From the IMG/VR virus record IMGVR_UViG_3300048589_001426, positions 1 to 34,824 of that record: DNA of 34,824 bases; one strand, written 5' to 3'. The notes beneath the pieces were generated by a model. The model did no database searches and had not been told where the DNA came from. It saw only the letters and a program-made list of their open reading frames with translations. Below, piece by piece: positions 23,096 through 33,032 of the stretch. Position numbers and translations under genes: made by a program. Source of the stretch: a virus. Taxonomy: Duplodnaviria > Caudoviricetes. Within the stretch, counting starts at the first letter, position 1; every line of letters starts with the position of its first letter.

Positions 23096-23649
23096 AGGCG
23101 TTTGAGGCAGCTGAGATGCGGCGCCAGCTTGCAAGCCTTGTGAGCTTTGGCGTCGTCACGGCCACCCAGGACTTCGGGGCAAGGGCAAGGGTCAGGATCG
23201 AAGGGGGGCTTGAGACCCCGCCGCTTTCGACCTTGAAAAGACGCGGGCGGGGCGACCGCGAGAACTGGCCGCTTGAGGTCGGAGAGCAGGTTCTTTGTCT
23301 TTTTCCGTCGGGCTCCCTTGCTCAAGGGGTCATCCTCGGGGCTGTCATGACAAAAGACAGCTTGCCGAAGGAGGATGGCCACCGCCTGAGCTATAGCGAT
23401 GGCGCCAGCGTGTCCTACGACAAGGCGGCCAAAGCCATGCGGGTTGTTTTGCCCGAGGGGGCAAGGCTCGAGGTCCAAGGCGGGGTAAGCATCGTCGTAA
23501 AGGCCAAGGCGGTCGTCGTCGAGGCCGACAGCGTGGCGCTCGGCGGCGCCGACGCGGCCGCAGGCGTCGTGACGACCGAAGCGGTCTGCGCCTTTACCGG
23601 GGGGCCGCACCCGCAGGGCTCTGCCCGCTGCAAGGCCAAGCATGCTTGA
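23092..23649 (+). CDS. Baseplate spike protein (P2 gpV-like)
   Basis: WPLEVGEQVLCLFPSG...GVILGA and YSDGASVSYD. Confidence 0.88.
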   Translation: MKAFEAAEMRRQLASLVSFGVVTATQDFGARARVRIEGGLETPPLSTLKRRGRGDRENWPLEVGEQVLCLFPSGSLAQGVILGAVMTKDSLPKEDGHRLSYSDGASVSYDKAAKAMRVVLPEGARLEVQGGVSIVVKAKAVVVEADSVALGGADAAAGVVTTEAVCAFTGGPHPQGSARCKAKHA

Positions 23650-23827
23650 CCAGGCCGAAGTGAGAGAGAGGATACTCGCCAAGATGAAAGAGCTTGGCTT
23701 CAAGCTCGACGCCGACGGGGCCAGGGGAGGCGTGTTGGCGGATCTGCTCGCCGAGCTGGTCGCCTACATCGTCGAGAAAAACGAGGTCCAGGTCGACCCA
23801 GGCAGTGGGAAGGGAAAGTTTGGATGA
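23642..23827 (+). CDS. Small hypothetical baseplate-region protein
   Basis: 61-aa ORF overlapping both the V and W genes. Confidence 0.6.
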   Translation: MLDQAEVRERILAKMKELGFKLDADGARGGVLADLLAELVAYIVEKNEVQVDPGSGKGKFG

Positions 23828-24168
23828 TGTCGCGTCGCACGGGAAAGAGTCTCTCCCCCGAGGAGCACGTCCGCCAAAGCCTCGAAGACATCCTCACCAC
23901 GCCTAAGGGCTCGCGCGTCATGCTGAGAGACTACGGCTCCAGGCTTTTTGAGCTGCTGGGGAGAGGCATCGACAAGATGTCGATCTTTACGGCCGTCCAC
24001 GAGGCCGTAGCCCGCTGGGAGCCCCGCGTGAGGCTCAGCGCCGTCAAGGTGCTCGATGGGCCAGAGGACGAGAAAAAAGTCGAAGACGGGACAGTCTCCA
24101 TCCTGCTTGACGGCATCATCAAGGTGACAGACACGCCGTTTTCGCTCGCCGTGAGGCTTGAGCGGTGA
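23824..24168 (+). CDS. Baseplate protein W (gp25 family)
   Basis: HVRQSLEDILTTPKGSRVMLRDYGS and WEPRV. Confidence 0.92.
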   Translation: MMSRRTGKSLSPEEHVRQSLEDILTTPKGSRVMLRDYGSRLFELLGRGIDKMSIFTAVHEAVARWEPRVRLSAVKVLDGPEDEKKVEDGTVSILLDGIIKVTDTPFSLAVRLER

Positions 24169-25028
24169 AAGCTGGCGTGATCGATCTTCGCCGCCTGCCG
24201 GCGCCCGAGGTGGTGGAGACCTTGAGCTATGAGGCGATCAAGCGCCAGCTACTCGAAGACTTTCGCGCTCGCTACGGCGAAGCCGTCGACCTTTTCGAGT
24301 CAGACCCCGCCGTCAAGGTGCTCGAGGTGTGTGCTTACCGCGAGCTGCTCCTGCGCGCCCGTGTGAACGAGGCCGCGCGTGCCACCATGCCGGCCTTTGC
24401 CCGGGGGGCAAACCTCGATCACGTCGCAGCACGCCGCGGCTTGACGAGGGCCGCTGGCGAGACAGACGAGAGTCTCCTTGGGCGGTTTTTGGACGAGGAC
24501 GATCTCTTGTCGGCTGCCGGGTCAAAAGTCGGCTACATCGCTCAGGCCAAGGCCGTTCGGCTTTCCGGGGGTGGGTATGTCGTCGACGCCAACTGCGCCG
24601 AGGTTTCTCCGGCGCGGATCAAGCTTTGGGTTCTTTTTGACCCCAAGACAGAAGAGTCGGTGCGCGCGGCCGACCTGGCGCTGCTTCGCGACAAGATGGC
24701 CTACGTGCGCGCGCTGACCGATCAGCTGACTGTCGAGGAGGCAAGCCTGAGGCGCTTTCGCCTCCGTGCGCGTCTTAAGGTTCCCTACGGTGCCGACTGG
24801 CGGATGGTGCAGGGGCAGGCCGAGGCATCGCTTAGAGAGCTTTTTAGGACGCGCTTTCGGGTGGGGGCAAGCCTCGAGCCGTCTGTCCTCTACGCCGCGC
24901 TCCATGCCCAAAACGACGTCACCTCGGCCGAGCTGCTCGAGCCCACGGGCGGCGTCTTGTGCGAGGCCTTTGAGGCGCCGCTTCTTGAGGACGGCGAGGA
25001 CGGCCTCAAGCTGGAGATGTCCTCGTGA
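24165..25028 (+). CDS. Baseplate protein J
   Basis: IDLRRLPAPEVVETLSYE, ESDPAVKVLEVCAYRELLLRARVNEAA and ETDESL. Confidence 0.92.
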   Translation: MKAGVIDLRRLPAPEVVETLSYEAIKRQLLEDFRARYGEAVDLFESDPAVKVLEVCAYRELLLRARVNEAARATMPAFARGANLDHVAARRGLTRAAGETDESLLGRFLDEDDLLSAAGSKVGYIAQAKAVRLSGGGYVVDANCAEVSPARIKLWVLFDPKTEESVRAADLALLRDKMAYVRALTDQLTVEEASLRRFRLRARLKVPYGADWRMVQGQAEASLRELFRTRFRVGASLEPSVLYAALHAQNDVTSAELLEPTGGVLCEAFEAPLLEDGEDGLKLEMSS

Positions 25029-25591
25029 CAAGCCTTCTGCCGAAAAATTCGACGCCGCTTGAGAGGACGCTCGAGGAGGTCGCAGGGCAGAGGCTCGAGG
25101 GCCTCTCCTTTGACTTTGCCTCGCTTTTTGACCCTGACACCTGCCCGCCGGCCTTTCTGCCGTATCTGGCTTGGGAGAGGGGGGTTGAGCTGTGGGACGA
25201 GGACTTTGTCGGGGTGGAGAGCGAAGACGACCTGACGAGGCGGCGCCGTGAGATCATCTCTCGCTTTGAGAAGATCAAAAGGCTGCGCGGCACCCTGGCT
25301 GCCATCGACTTGGCCATGGAGACCCTTGGCGTCAGGGCTAGAATCCGCGAGTGGTGGGACCACCCCGAGCCGAGGGAGCCCTACACCTTCAAGGTCATCC
25401 TTTTCAACAAGGACAACCGCCCCCTTGGCGAGGCCGAAAGACGCCGCATCCTGCGCGTCATCGAGTCGCTAAAGCCGCTTAGAGCCCGCTTTGACCTCGA
25501 CGTCATGTTTGAGGCCGAGGCCACAGTCGGGGCAGCGATGTTTGCGCGCCTGACTCGCATCAAGCGTTTTGCCGCCGTCGTGGGGCGTTGA
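25025..25591 (+). CDS. Tail protein I (P2 gpI-like)
   Basis: SLLPKNSTPLE, PDTCPPAFLPYLAW, RGTLAAI and EWW...PYTF. Confidence 0.92.
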   Translation: MTSLLPKNSTPLERTLEEVAGQRLEGLSFDFASLFDPDTCPPAFLPYLAWERGVELWDEDFVGVESEDDLTRRRREIISRFEKIKRLRGTLAAIDLAMETLGVRARIREWWDHPEPREPYTFKVILFNKDNRPLGEAERRRILRVIESLKPLRARFDLDVMFEAEATVGAAMFARLTRIKRFAAVVGR

Positions 25592-26715
25592 TGGAGCGCC
25601 CTAGGATTACAAGACGCGGGCTCGAGGCCCTGGCCGAGGCCGAGGCCAGGGGCAAGAGGCTTCGCTTTGTCGGCATTGAGCTGGGAAAGGCCTCCTACGA
25701 TCCAGACGGCTCGGAGGAGGCGCTCAAGGAGAGGGTCGAGGCTTCGAGTCTTGCCGACTCAAACCGGGTCTCTGGAAACCGCGTTCACCTCACAGCCGAG
25801 TTTCGCTCTGGGAGAGAAGCCTACGACGTCGGCGAGATGGGCATTGTGGCAAGCCTCGAAGGGGTGGACGGACCGATCCTCTTTGCCGTGCTCTCTAGGG
25901 CAGGCGAGATTCTCGCCAAGCGGATAGCGTCGGAAGACCTGCTTTTTGGCATCGACCTCATTCTCGAAGAGATCCCGGACTCTCTCATTGCAGTCGAAGG
26001 GGTCGGAGAGCGCCTCAACCTCTCCTTGGCACGGGAGCTTGCTGCGGTGGCGCTGTCTCTCACGCAAGGCCAGCGGCACACGCTCGAGCTGATGCGAGAG
26101 CTGGCCGCCACCCGAGGGGAGTTTTTAACCTTCAAGGAGGTCGCCAAGGCCTCGCTGGCGGCTCTGCGGGCCGAGTTTCAGGCCCAAAAGGCCGAGACTG
26201 AGAGGCTTCTGCAGGGGGTCAAAGCGGAGCTTGAGGCCCAAGTGGCCGAGGCTCGAGGTGAGCTTGCCCGCTACAAGGAGCGGCTTGGAGCCCTTCTTGG
26301 CTGGCCTGCTGGGGCGGGGGCTCAAGCTCTTCTGCAGGAGCTCGAGCTCGAGGTGTCGACTCCCGTCCCCGATATGGGGGGGCCTCTCGTGTACGAATTT
26401 ACCAAGAAGACGTCTGGCAGCCTCAAGGTCGGGCTCAGAGACTTCTGGCTTCTGCGCACGGGCGCCTCTTTCCCGCGCGAGCTGACGCTCGAGATCTATC
26501 TCAACGACTTTCAGCGGCGCTTTCGCCTCGAAACAGCCGACTACAGCGAGAAGTATCTTTATCTCGGCAGCGGGCTTGTCGAGTTTGAGTTCTCCGAGGC
26601 AGAGCTTACCTCTCCAGGCCTAAAGGAGGGTCTTTGGGGTCTAAAAATAGTCGAGGCCACTCAGGCGCTTTTTTCTCGCTCGGCGCGAAAGCCTGCCGTT
26701 TTCTTTATGGAGTAG
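25588..26715 (+). CDS. Tail (collar) fibre protein with a central coiled coil
   Basis: N-terminus ITRRGLEALAEA...EMGI...ILFAV is typical of P2 gpH-like baseplate anchors. It follows gene I. Confidence 0.7.
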   Translation: MMERPRITRRGLEALAEAEARGKRLRFVGIELGKASYDPDGSEEALKERVEASSLADSNRVSGNRVHLTAEFRSGREAYDVGEMGIVASLEGVDGPILFAVLSRAGEILAKRIASEDLLFGIDLILEEIPDSLIAVEGVGERLNLSLARELAAVALSLTQGQRHTLELMRELAATRGEFLTFKEVAKASLAALRAEFQAQKAETERLLQGVKAELEAQVAEARGELARYKERLGALLGWPAGAGAQALLQELELEVSTPVPDMGGPLVYEFTKKTSGSLKVGLRDFWLLRTGASFPRELTLEIYLNDFQRRFRLETADYSEKYLYLGSGLVEFEFSEAELTSPGLKEGLWGLKIVEATQALFSRSARKPAVFFME

Positions 26716-26719
26716 GGAC

Positions 26720-26872
26720 GTGACTCTCGAAGAGCAGATAGCGCTTCTGGTCGACGAGACGAGAAGGCTCCAAGAGCTGATGGCAAGTGAGGTGCGAGCC
26801 CTGCAGACGAAAGTCACCGAGCAGGAAGCCAGGATCACGGCACTCGAACAGGGGAGGTCGCCAGGTGGCTGA
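26720..26872 (+). CDS. 50-aa coiled-coil protein (below the ORF-track cut-off)
   Basis: GTG start; MTLEEQIALLVDETRRLQELMASEVRALQTKVTEQEARITALEQGRSPGG*. It fills the gap between fibre and sheath genes. Confidence 0.6.
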   Translation: MTLEEQIALLVDETRRLQELMASEVRALQTKVTEQEARITALEQGRSPGG

Positions 26873-28028
26873 AGGTTTTTGGCATGGAATCGAGGTCGTG
26901 CCGGTCACGACCAGGACGGCCCCCGGGGTGAGAACCCCCGCCACGTCGGTCATTGGGGTCGTTGGGACGTCGGCTCTGTCAGACAAAGTGACTGCCCACA
27001 CGCCCATGCTCGTCAGAGGAGCAAGGGAAGCCAGAGAGCTTTTCGGGGCACTCGATGCGCCAGGGAGTCTGCCAAAGACGCTTGCTGCAATCTACGAGGA
27101 GACGCAGGCCGTTTGCGTGGTCGTCACAGTCGGGCTTGGCGAGGCCGACGCTCTGGCTACCCAGGTGGCGGGCACGCAAGGCGAGCTGACAGGCGTATAC
27201 GGCCTGCTCAAGGCCAAGGCAGCGCTTGGCGCCCAGCCGCGCATTGTGATTGCGCCCGAGTTTTCCGCCGACGAGTCGGTGAGGGCAGCTCTCAGCGTCG
27301 TGGCAGGGCGGCTGCGCGCTGTGGCGCCCCTTGAGAGCCCAGACAGCGGGGATCTGCAAGCGGTGATCGGGAGCTTTGCGAGTCTTCGCAGCTCAAGGCT
27401 CTATCCGGTCTATCCCAACGTCCGGCTGGCCGCTCCGATCGGGGTGGTCGGCGGCTCGGTTCTCGCCGCCGCCTTGATCGCCAAGACCGACGCTGAGCTT
27501 GGGTTTTGGGTGTCGCCGTCCAACCGGCTGTGCTCGTCGGTCGTCGGCCTTACCCATCCGGTCGAGTTTTCGCTCGATCCCTCCTCGGGTGAGTCCGGCG
27601 CCAACCTTTTGAACAAAAACAAAATCGCCACCTTTGTGAACGAGCAGGGCTTTCGCCTGTGGGGCAACCGGACCCTTTACGACGAGGCCGACGCGCTGGA
27701 CAGCCGGCACAAGTTTATCAACGTGCGGCGCCTCAGGGATTTTATCGATGACGCGATCCTGCAGAGCCACCTTTGGGCCGTCGACCGCAACATCACAAGA
27801 AGCTACGTCGCTCAGGTCACAGAGAGCATCAACAACTACCTGCGCGACCTCAAGGCCCAGGAGGCCATCCTCGGCGGCCACTGCTGGATAGACCCCGAGG
27901 CGAACACCGTGTCCCAGATCACCGAAGGCCACGTCACGTTTGACTACGAGTTTACGCCGCCCTACCCGGCCGAGCGGATCACCTTTCGCTCGCTGCTGTC
28001 GGACGACCACGTGAAGGAGATCTTCTAG
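26865..28028 (+). CDS. Contractile tail sheath (P2 FI-like)
   Basis: GTG 26865 after GGGGAGG. Motifs FWHGIEV, TSVIGVVGT, GFWVSPSN, GFRLWGNRT and PPYPAERITF. Confidence 0.95.
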   Translation: MAEGFWHGIEVVPVTTRTAPGVRTPATSVIGVVGTSALSDKVTAHTPMLVRGAREARELFGALDAPGSLPKTLAAIYEETQAVCVVVTVGLGEADALATQVAGTQGELTGVYGLLKAKAALGAQPRIVIAPEFSADESVRAALSVVAGRLRAVAPLESPDSGDLQAVIGSFASLRSSRLYPVYPNVRLAAPIGVVGGSVLAAALIAKTDAELGFWVSPSNRLCSSVVGLTHPVEFSLDPSSGESGANLLNKNKIATFVNEQGFRLWGNRTLYDEADALDSRHKFINVRRLRDFIDDAILQSHLWAVDRNITRSYVAQVTESINNYLRDLKAQEAILGGHCWIDPEANTVSQITEGHVTFDYEFTPPYPAERITFRSLLSDDHVKEIF

Positions 28029-28547
28029 GTGACGCTGCTTAACAACCTCCCGCAGAAGCTCACGCATTTTACGCTCTTTGTCGACGGCCGCGGCTACGCC
28101 GGCATGGTCGACGAGATCGTCCTGCCAAAGCTCACCTACAAGGTCGAAGACTACAGGGCCGGCGGCATGGATCTTCCCATCCCAATCGAGATGGGCATGG
28201 AGAAGCTCGAGGCCGAGTTTACGCTTGGCGAGTACGACCGCTTTGTGATCCAGCAGCTTGGCTTTCAAGAGGGCGGCCCCATTGCCCTTCACGTCCGAGG
28301 TGCCCTCAAGCGCCACACGCTGGCCATTCCCGTGAGCTGCCACATGCGGGGCGTCATCACCGAGATCGACTTTGGCGCCTGGAAGGCTGGCGAGACGACC
28401 GCTATGAAGTTTCGTCTCTACTGCACCTACTACCGCTACGCGCATGCCGAAGAGGTGCTCATCGAGATCGACGCCGACAACATGGTGCGCCGCATCAACG
28501 GCGTCGACCAACTGGCAGCCGTCAAGGCTGCGCTGCTTAGAGGATAA
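28029..28547 (+). CDS. Tail tube (P2 FII-like)
   Basis: LPKLTYKVEDYRAGGM, MGMEKLE and EID..NMVRRINGVDQL. Confidence 0.95.
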   Translation: MTLLNNLPQKLTHFTLFVDGRGYAGMVDEIVLPKLTYKVEDYRAGGMDLPIPIEMGMEKLEAEFTLGEYDRFVIQQLGFQEGGPIALHVRGALKRHTLAIPVSCHMRGVITEIDFGAWKAGETTAMKFRLYCTYYRYAHAEEVLIEIDADNMVRRINGVDQLAAVKAALLRG

Positions 28548-28552
28548 AGGGC

Positions 28553-28807
28553 ATGAAAAAAGAGGTAATCGAGCTTTCCTATCCCGTCGAGCTTTCGGGC
28601 CGGGGGTTGGTGCGGACCATCGAGCTTAGGAGAGCCAAGGTAAAAGACCTCGAGCTGGTCGACCGCTACGACACCGAGGCTGCCAAGACCTTGCATCTGA
28701 TCAGCCACCTGGCCGAGTGGAGCCCAGACGAGGTGAGAGAACTCGACTTTGCCGACTACCGCAGGGTGTCCGACAAGGTGGCTGGTTTTTTAGGGCTTGC
28801 TCCCTAG
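28553..28807 (+). CDS. Tail assembly chaperone (gpE-like)
   Basis: LRRAKVKDL...ELDFADY. It lies between the tube and tape measure genes. Confidence 0.85.
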   Translation: MKKEVIELSYPVELSGRGLVRTIELRRAKVKDLELVDRYDTEAAKTLHLISHLAEWSPDEVRELDFADYRRVSDKVAGFLGLAP

Positions 28808-28974
28808 AGGAGCTGCCGGCGGGAAGGCGGGCACTGCTCGAGGTAAAGGCCGACCTGGCCTTTGTCTTTCACTGGACGATCGAGGCGATTGACGCGCTGG
28901 CGGCCGACGAGCTTTCCCTCTACCACCAGCTAGCGCTTGAGAGGCTCAGGGCGACATGGCCGATTTCAAAATAA
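28786..28974 (+). CDS. gpE' extension read by a -1 frameshift at T TTT TTA (28786-28792)
   Basis: Canonical X XXY YYZ slippery heptamer in frame. The -1 frame encodes ADLAFVFHW...DELSLYHQLA, like P2 gpE'. Confidence 0.8.
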   Translation, partial: FFRACSLEELPAGRRALLEVKADLAFVFHWTIEAIDALAADELSLYHQLALERLRATWPISK

Positions 28975-31124
28975 GGGTAAGCCTTGCCGCCAAGGATCTT
29001 CTCTCCCTTCCGCTCAAGAACCTCTCGGGGGTCACCCGCGGCCTTGGCGGTGAGCTGAGGCGGGCAAGTCTGGCGCTCGACGAGCTGCGCCGCCACGACA
29101 AGCTTGCCGGCCAGATGCGGGGGCAGGCCAAGGCCACGCTCGAGGCTCACTCCCAGTGGAAGACGGCCGAGGGACGGGTGAGGGCGCTTGCCACAGAGAT
29201 CAAGGCTGCCGGCGAGCCGAGTCGGCGCCTTGCCAGAGAGTTTGACGCGGCAAGAGTCTCGGCCTCGCGGCTCAAAGACGCCTTTGAGACAAAGACCACC
29301 CGGCTTCGAGGCCTAAAGCGCGAGGCGCGGGAGGCGGGGCTCTCGATTCGTGGGCTCTCCGAGCGGCTTTCCGAGCAGGAGAAGGTCTTTGACCGGCTGA
29401 GAGCCAAGTCAGACAGGCTGTCTGGTCTGCGGAGGTCGGGCGAGGCCTTGAGCAGCAGGGCCTCTGAGCTTGCCATGATCGGGGGCGCTGCCTCTGGCTT
29501 TGGTCGTGGGGTGCTGAGTAGGGCGTCGCTGCCGCTTCAAACCGCCATGAGCCTTGAGGCCGTCATGGCGCGCGTGCGCTCGCGGGTGTTGTCGGGGCCA
29601 GACTACAAGGACACGGCCCGCCAGGAGAGAGACCTTGCCACCCTGGAGCGCATGGCTGCCCGGGTTTCGACTGAGTTTGGCTACACGGGCGAAGAGGTCG
29701 GCTCGGCGATGATCCAGATGGGGACGGCCGGCCTTCAGTTTAAAGACATCACCGAGGCCAACCTCAAGGCCGTGCTCGCGGTGTCCAAGGTAGGCGACAT
29801 CTTGCCTGAGCAGTCGGTGAGTCTGCTTACCGGGATTGCGCATGCCTTCGAGCTGCCGATCTCGCGGCTCTCGCGCATTGGAGACGTCGTAGGCTACACC
29901 GCCGACGTCTCCGACACCAACCTCACCGAGATCGCAGACGTCCTAAAGCACGTCGGCTCGGTCGCCAACGCCGCCAAGATCCCGCTCGAGACGGTGATGG
30001 CGTCGGTGGCGATGCTGGCTGACGTCGGGGTGAAGGGCTCGGTGGCGGCCACAGCCCTCAAGGGGGCGTTTCTCGACCCACTGGTTCACGACACCCTCGG
30101 CGGCACGCCAAAGACCGAGCAGGCCAAGCTTCTCCGGGCGCTGGGCATTCGGGTCGTAGACCCCAAGACGCGCGGCATGCGGCCTTTCATCTCGGTGATG
30201 GAGGAGCTTGGCGCCAGGCTTGCGTCCATGGGATCCGGTCAGCGGCTCAAAATCCTCGAGAAGCTTTTTGGGCGCGAAGGCCTGGCCGGCATCTCAGAGC
30301 TTGTGAACGTCGCCGTCAAGGCTGCTCGTGGCGACAGCGGGGCAGCGTCCAGGCTGTCGGCCCTGAGAGCGCGCGAGGCTGAGATCAGGACCCTTTCTGA
30401 AGGGACCGCGATGGAGAAGCTTAGGCTCGAGGCCGCCACGGCAAGCGCCTCGCTGCTTAGGCTCAAAGCCTCGCTGTCGGATCTTCTAAACGTGCTCGGA
30501 AAGCCTCTCCTTTCAGACCTCACGCGGCTTGCCGGCACCCTGGCGGGCGTGGTCGACAAAACGCGCGACTGGGCGGTTGCCAATCCAGAGGTCACAAAGG
30601 CTCTTTCTAGCGTGGCACTCGGGGTGGGCGGCGCGGCAGCGGCAATCGGTGCTCTTTTTATTCCGATCTCTACGGCCGTCGGGGCGGTTGCTCTCTTTAA
30701 GGGGGCCTGGATTGGTTTTGGAGCGGCAGCTTCGGGAGCGATGGCGGCCGCGACGGCAGGGATCGGCGCGCTTAAAGTGGCGCTCATTGGCTCAGGCGTT
30801 GGGCTTGCCATCGCAGGGCTCGCTGCCGCCTCCTATCTTGTCTACGAGAACTGGGACAAGATCACGCAAAGCCTCCAGGCGGGCGGCCGGTCGGTGGCAG
30901 ACTTCATGACCCGCATGACCTCGCTCAAGGCAACCGGCACGGTGCCGCTCTCTGTGGCAGGAGCGGCACGGGGGCCGACGCAGTCGATCCTAAACGCCCC
31001 CATCACCGTCAACGTCACAGAGCCCAAGGCCACCACCGCCGAGATCGCAGCCAAGCTCAAGGACGTCTTGCGCGAGGTCAAAGACGAGGAGGCCAAGTCG
31101 TGGAGGGCAAGGCTTTATGACTGA
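28956..31124 (+). CDS. Tail tape measure protein (TP901-family core)
   Basis: 722 aa, Ala-rich and helical, with LADVGVKGSVAATAL, LFGREG and LVYENWDKI. Confidence 0.92.
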   Translation: MADFKIRVSLAAKDLLSLPLKNLSGVTRGLGGELRRASLALDELRRHDKLAGQMRGQAKATLEAHSQWKTAEGRVRALATEIKAAGEPSRRLAREFDAARVSASRLKDAFETKTTRLRGLKREAREAGLSIRGLSERLSEQEKVFDRLRAKSDRLSGLRRSGEALSSRASELAMIGGAASGFGRGVLSRASLPLQTAMSLEAVMARVRSRVLSGPDYKDTARQERDLATLERMAARVSTEFGYTGEEVGSAMIQMGTAGLQFKDITEANLKAVLAVSKVGDILPEQSVSLLTGIAHAFELPISRLSRIGDVVGYTADVSDTNLTEIADVLKHVGSVANAAKIPLETVMASVAMLADVGVKGSVAATALKGAFLDPLVHDTLGGTPKTEQAKLLRALGIRVVDPKTRGMRPFISVMEELGARLASMGSGQRLKILEKLFGREGLAGISELVNVAVKAARGDSGAASRLSALRAREAEIRTLSEGTAMEKLRLEAATASASLLRLKASLSDLLNVLGKPLLSDLTRLAGTLAGVVDKTRDWAVANPEVTKALSSVALGVGGAAAAIGALFIPISTAVGAVALFKGAWIGFGAAASGAMAAATAGIGALKVALIGSGVGLAIAGLAAASYLVYENWDKITQSLQAGGRSVADFMTRMTSLKATGTVPLSVAGAARGPTQSILNAPITVNVTEPKATTAEIAAKLKDVLREVKDEEAKSWRARLYD

Positions 31125-31539
31125 AGGGAAAGCCCTTTTTGCGCTCGGGGCGTTTCGCTTTCTGGCCGGCAGAAGCATGTTTGAGCGCCTGACACGGGGC
31201 GAGAGTTTTATTTGGACCGAGCAGGAGAGGCTTGGCGGCATTTCAACGCTGAGCTACATGGGCCGCAGGGCGCATGAGGTCGAGGTGACAGGCGAGGCCT
31301 ACGTAGAGAGAGCTTCCACCGATGACCCTTTGAAGGCTCTGAAAGACGAGGCTCGCAAGGGGGAGCCGCTTCTTCTTGTCGACTCGGAGGGGAGGTCTCT
31401 TGGCAGCTGGGCGGTCCTCTCCTGCAGCGAGGAGCTTTCGAGCTTTCGCTCTGACGGCAAGGCGCGCAAGGTGGCCTTTCGGCTTTCCCTTCGACGTGTG
31501 ACCTTCGATGACGCTGCCAGTCCGGCCAAGGCCCTATGA
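31117..31539 (+). CDS. Tail protein U (P2 gpU-like)
   Basis: ALGAFRF, GEPLLLVDSEGRSLGSW and DGKARKVAFRLSL. Confidence 0.88.
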   Translation: MTEGKALFALGAFRFLAGRSMFERLTRGESFIWTEQERLGGISTLSYMGRRAHEVEVTGEAYVERASTDDPLKALKDEARKGEPLLLVDSEGRSLGSWAVLSCSEELSSFRSDGKARKVAFRLSLRRVTFDDAASPAKAL

Positions 31540-31745
31540 TCTACGTGACGCGAGGGGGCGAGGTGCTGGACCTCATCTGCCACAGGGTCTTTGGCAGGAC
31601 CGCTGGCGTTGTCGAAGAGGTGCTCGAACTCAACCCACAGCTTGCCGAGCTGCCGGCCACCCTGCCTGAGGGGGTCGAGATCTTTCTGCCGAGTCTCCCG
31701 CAGAGCGCCAGGCCTCTCCGAAAAGAGATCTCGCTTTGGGACTAA
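31536..31745 (+). CDS. Tail protein X (P2 gpX-like)
   Basis: GEVLDLICHRVFG...VLELNPQLA...LPEG...ISLWD. Confidence 0.92.
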   Translation: MIYVTRGGEVLDLICHRVFGRTAGVVEEVLELNPQLAELPATLPEGVEIFLPSLPQSARPLRKEISLWD

Positions 31746-32725
31746 AACCAGGGGTTTCCCTCACAATCGACGGCGAAGAGAAGAAGGGGGTCTACCGCGA
31801 AAGGCTCACGCGGCTTTCTCTCAAAGACGAGCGCGGCCTGCTCTCCGATCAACTCGAGCTCATTTTCGATGACTCAGACGGCAGGCTTGCTGTCCCAGAG
31901 AGAGGTCAACGGGTCAACGTGGCCCTTGGCTGGGGGGGAAGCCTCACCCCCATGGGGAGCTTTTTTGTCGACGAGGTGTCGATCTCAAGCCGCGGCGTCA
32001 TGCGGCTTACCGGCAAGGGCTTTGACACCCTAAAAGACCTCAAAACCGTCTCCTCCAGGCTCTGCGCGGCGCGCGACCTCAAGGGAGTTTTGGACGAGCT
32101 CGGCCGCACCCACTCTCTCAAGGTGAAGGCCTCGGCCGCGCTTTCCGCTGTGGCCGTGTCTGATGTCTCCCAGAGGCACGAGTCGGCCGTTCACTTCCTC
32201 TCGAGGCTTGCAGACGAGCACGCCCTCTCGCTCAAGATCCAAGGCGACACGGTGCTTGTGGTGCCGCAGGGGGCTGGAGAGAGCGTCTCGGGCCAGACGC
32301 TGCCCATTGTCGAGGTCGAGGCCTTGGGCGGCAAGGTTCTCGCCTGGGATTTTGATTTCGTGAGCCGGCCGCTTTACGCCTCGGTTGAGGCCGAGGCCTT
32401 CGATTTGACAACCGCGCAAAGCGAGACGGTCGCCCTTGGCAGCGGAAAGCCCGTTTTTCGCTTTCGCGAGGTGTTTTCCTCTCGCGAGAAGGCCGAGCAG
32501 GCGGCCTCTGCCAAGCTCTCGCTGGCGCAGCGGCAAGGCGCTGCGGGAAGGCTCGAGCTGGAAGGCGACGCAAGGATCTGTGCCGACTCTCGGCTCAGGC
32601 TTTCGGGGTTTCGCGCGGCAGTCGACGGCCTTTGGTGCGTGACGTCAGCGACCCACACGCTGGCGCCCGAGGAGGCCTACGTCGTCAGCCTCGCATGCGA
32701 AAAGCTGCCAGACCAACGGCCATGA
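31736..32725 (+). CDS. Baseplate hub/late control protein D (P2 gpD-like)
   Basis: LKDERGLLSDQLELIFDD.DG, LGW...MGSFFVDEV, QRHES...FLSRLA and GFRAAVDGLW. Confidence 0.9.
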   Translation: MGLKPGVSLTIDGEEKKGVYRERLTRLSLKDERGLLSDQLELIFDDSDGRLAVPERGQRVNVALGWGGSLTPMGSFFVDEVSISSRGVMRLTGKGFDTLKDLKTVSSRLCAARDLKGVLDELGRTHSLKVKASAALSAVAVSDVSQRHESAVHFLSRLADEHALSLKIQGDTVLVVPQGAGESVSGQTLPIVEVEALGGKVLAWDFDFVSRPLYASVEAEAFDLTTAQSETVALGSGKPVFRFREVFSSREKAEQAASAKLSLAQRQGAAGRLELEGDARICADSRLRLSGFRAAVDGLWCVTSATHTLAPEEAYVVSLACEKLPDQRP

Positions 32726-33032
32726 CAAGAATGGTTAGTATAAGGGCCGCCGGAAGCCTCCGGGCTGGAGCTGCCGTGTCCAGCGTGTAGACGGCGCGTG
32801 CGATGGTGACCTTGGTAACCATGACCTGACCTGCGATGAACTTGCGGGAGCGCCTCAGTCTACCACGCACTGCCGATCAGGCATCTGTGTCTCTGGACAT
32901 GGAGTCCAGCGGGATGCGGTTCGCAGATCTGCAGTCTACGAAGAAATTTTCCGCTTGTATCGCGAACAAAGTGGCAAGACAATATTTCGATGTCACATCA
33001 CAAAAAAGTGTCATGACTGATCGGAGGCATCA

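Noticed and set aside
25588-26715. Second DGR target in the tail fibre
   Set aside because: No TR-like sequence or RGG.W...GFR motif was seen here or in any other structural gene.
32685-32870. Possible holin (minus-strand 61-aa ORF with a hydrophobic end)
   Set aside because: It is antisense to the late operon, overlaps the end of gene D and has no clear RBS. The evidence is too weak.
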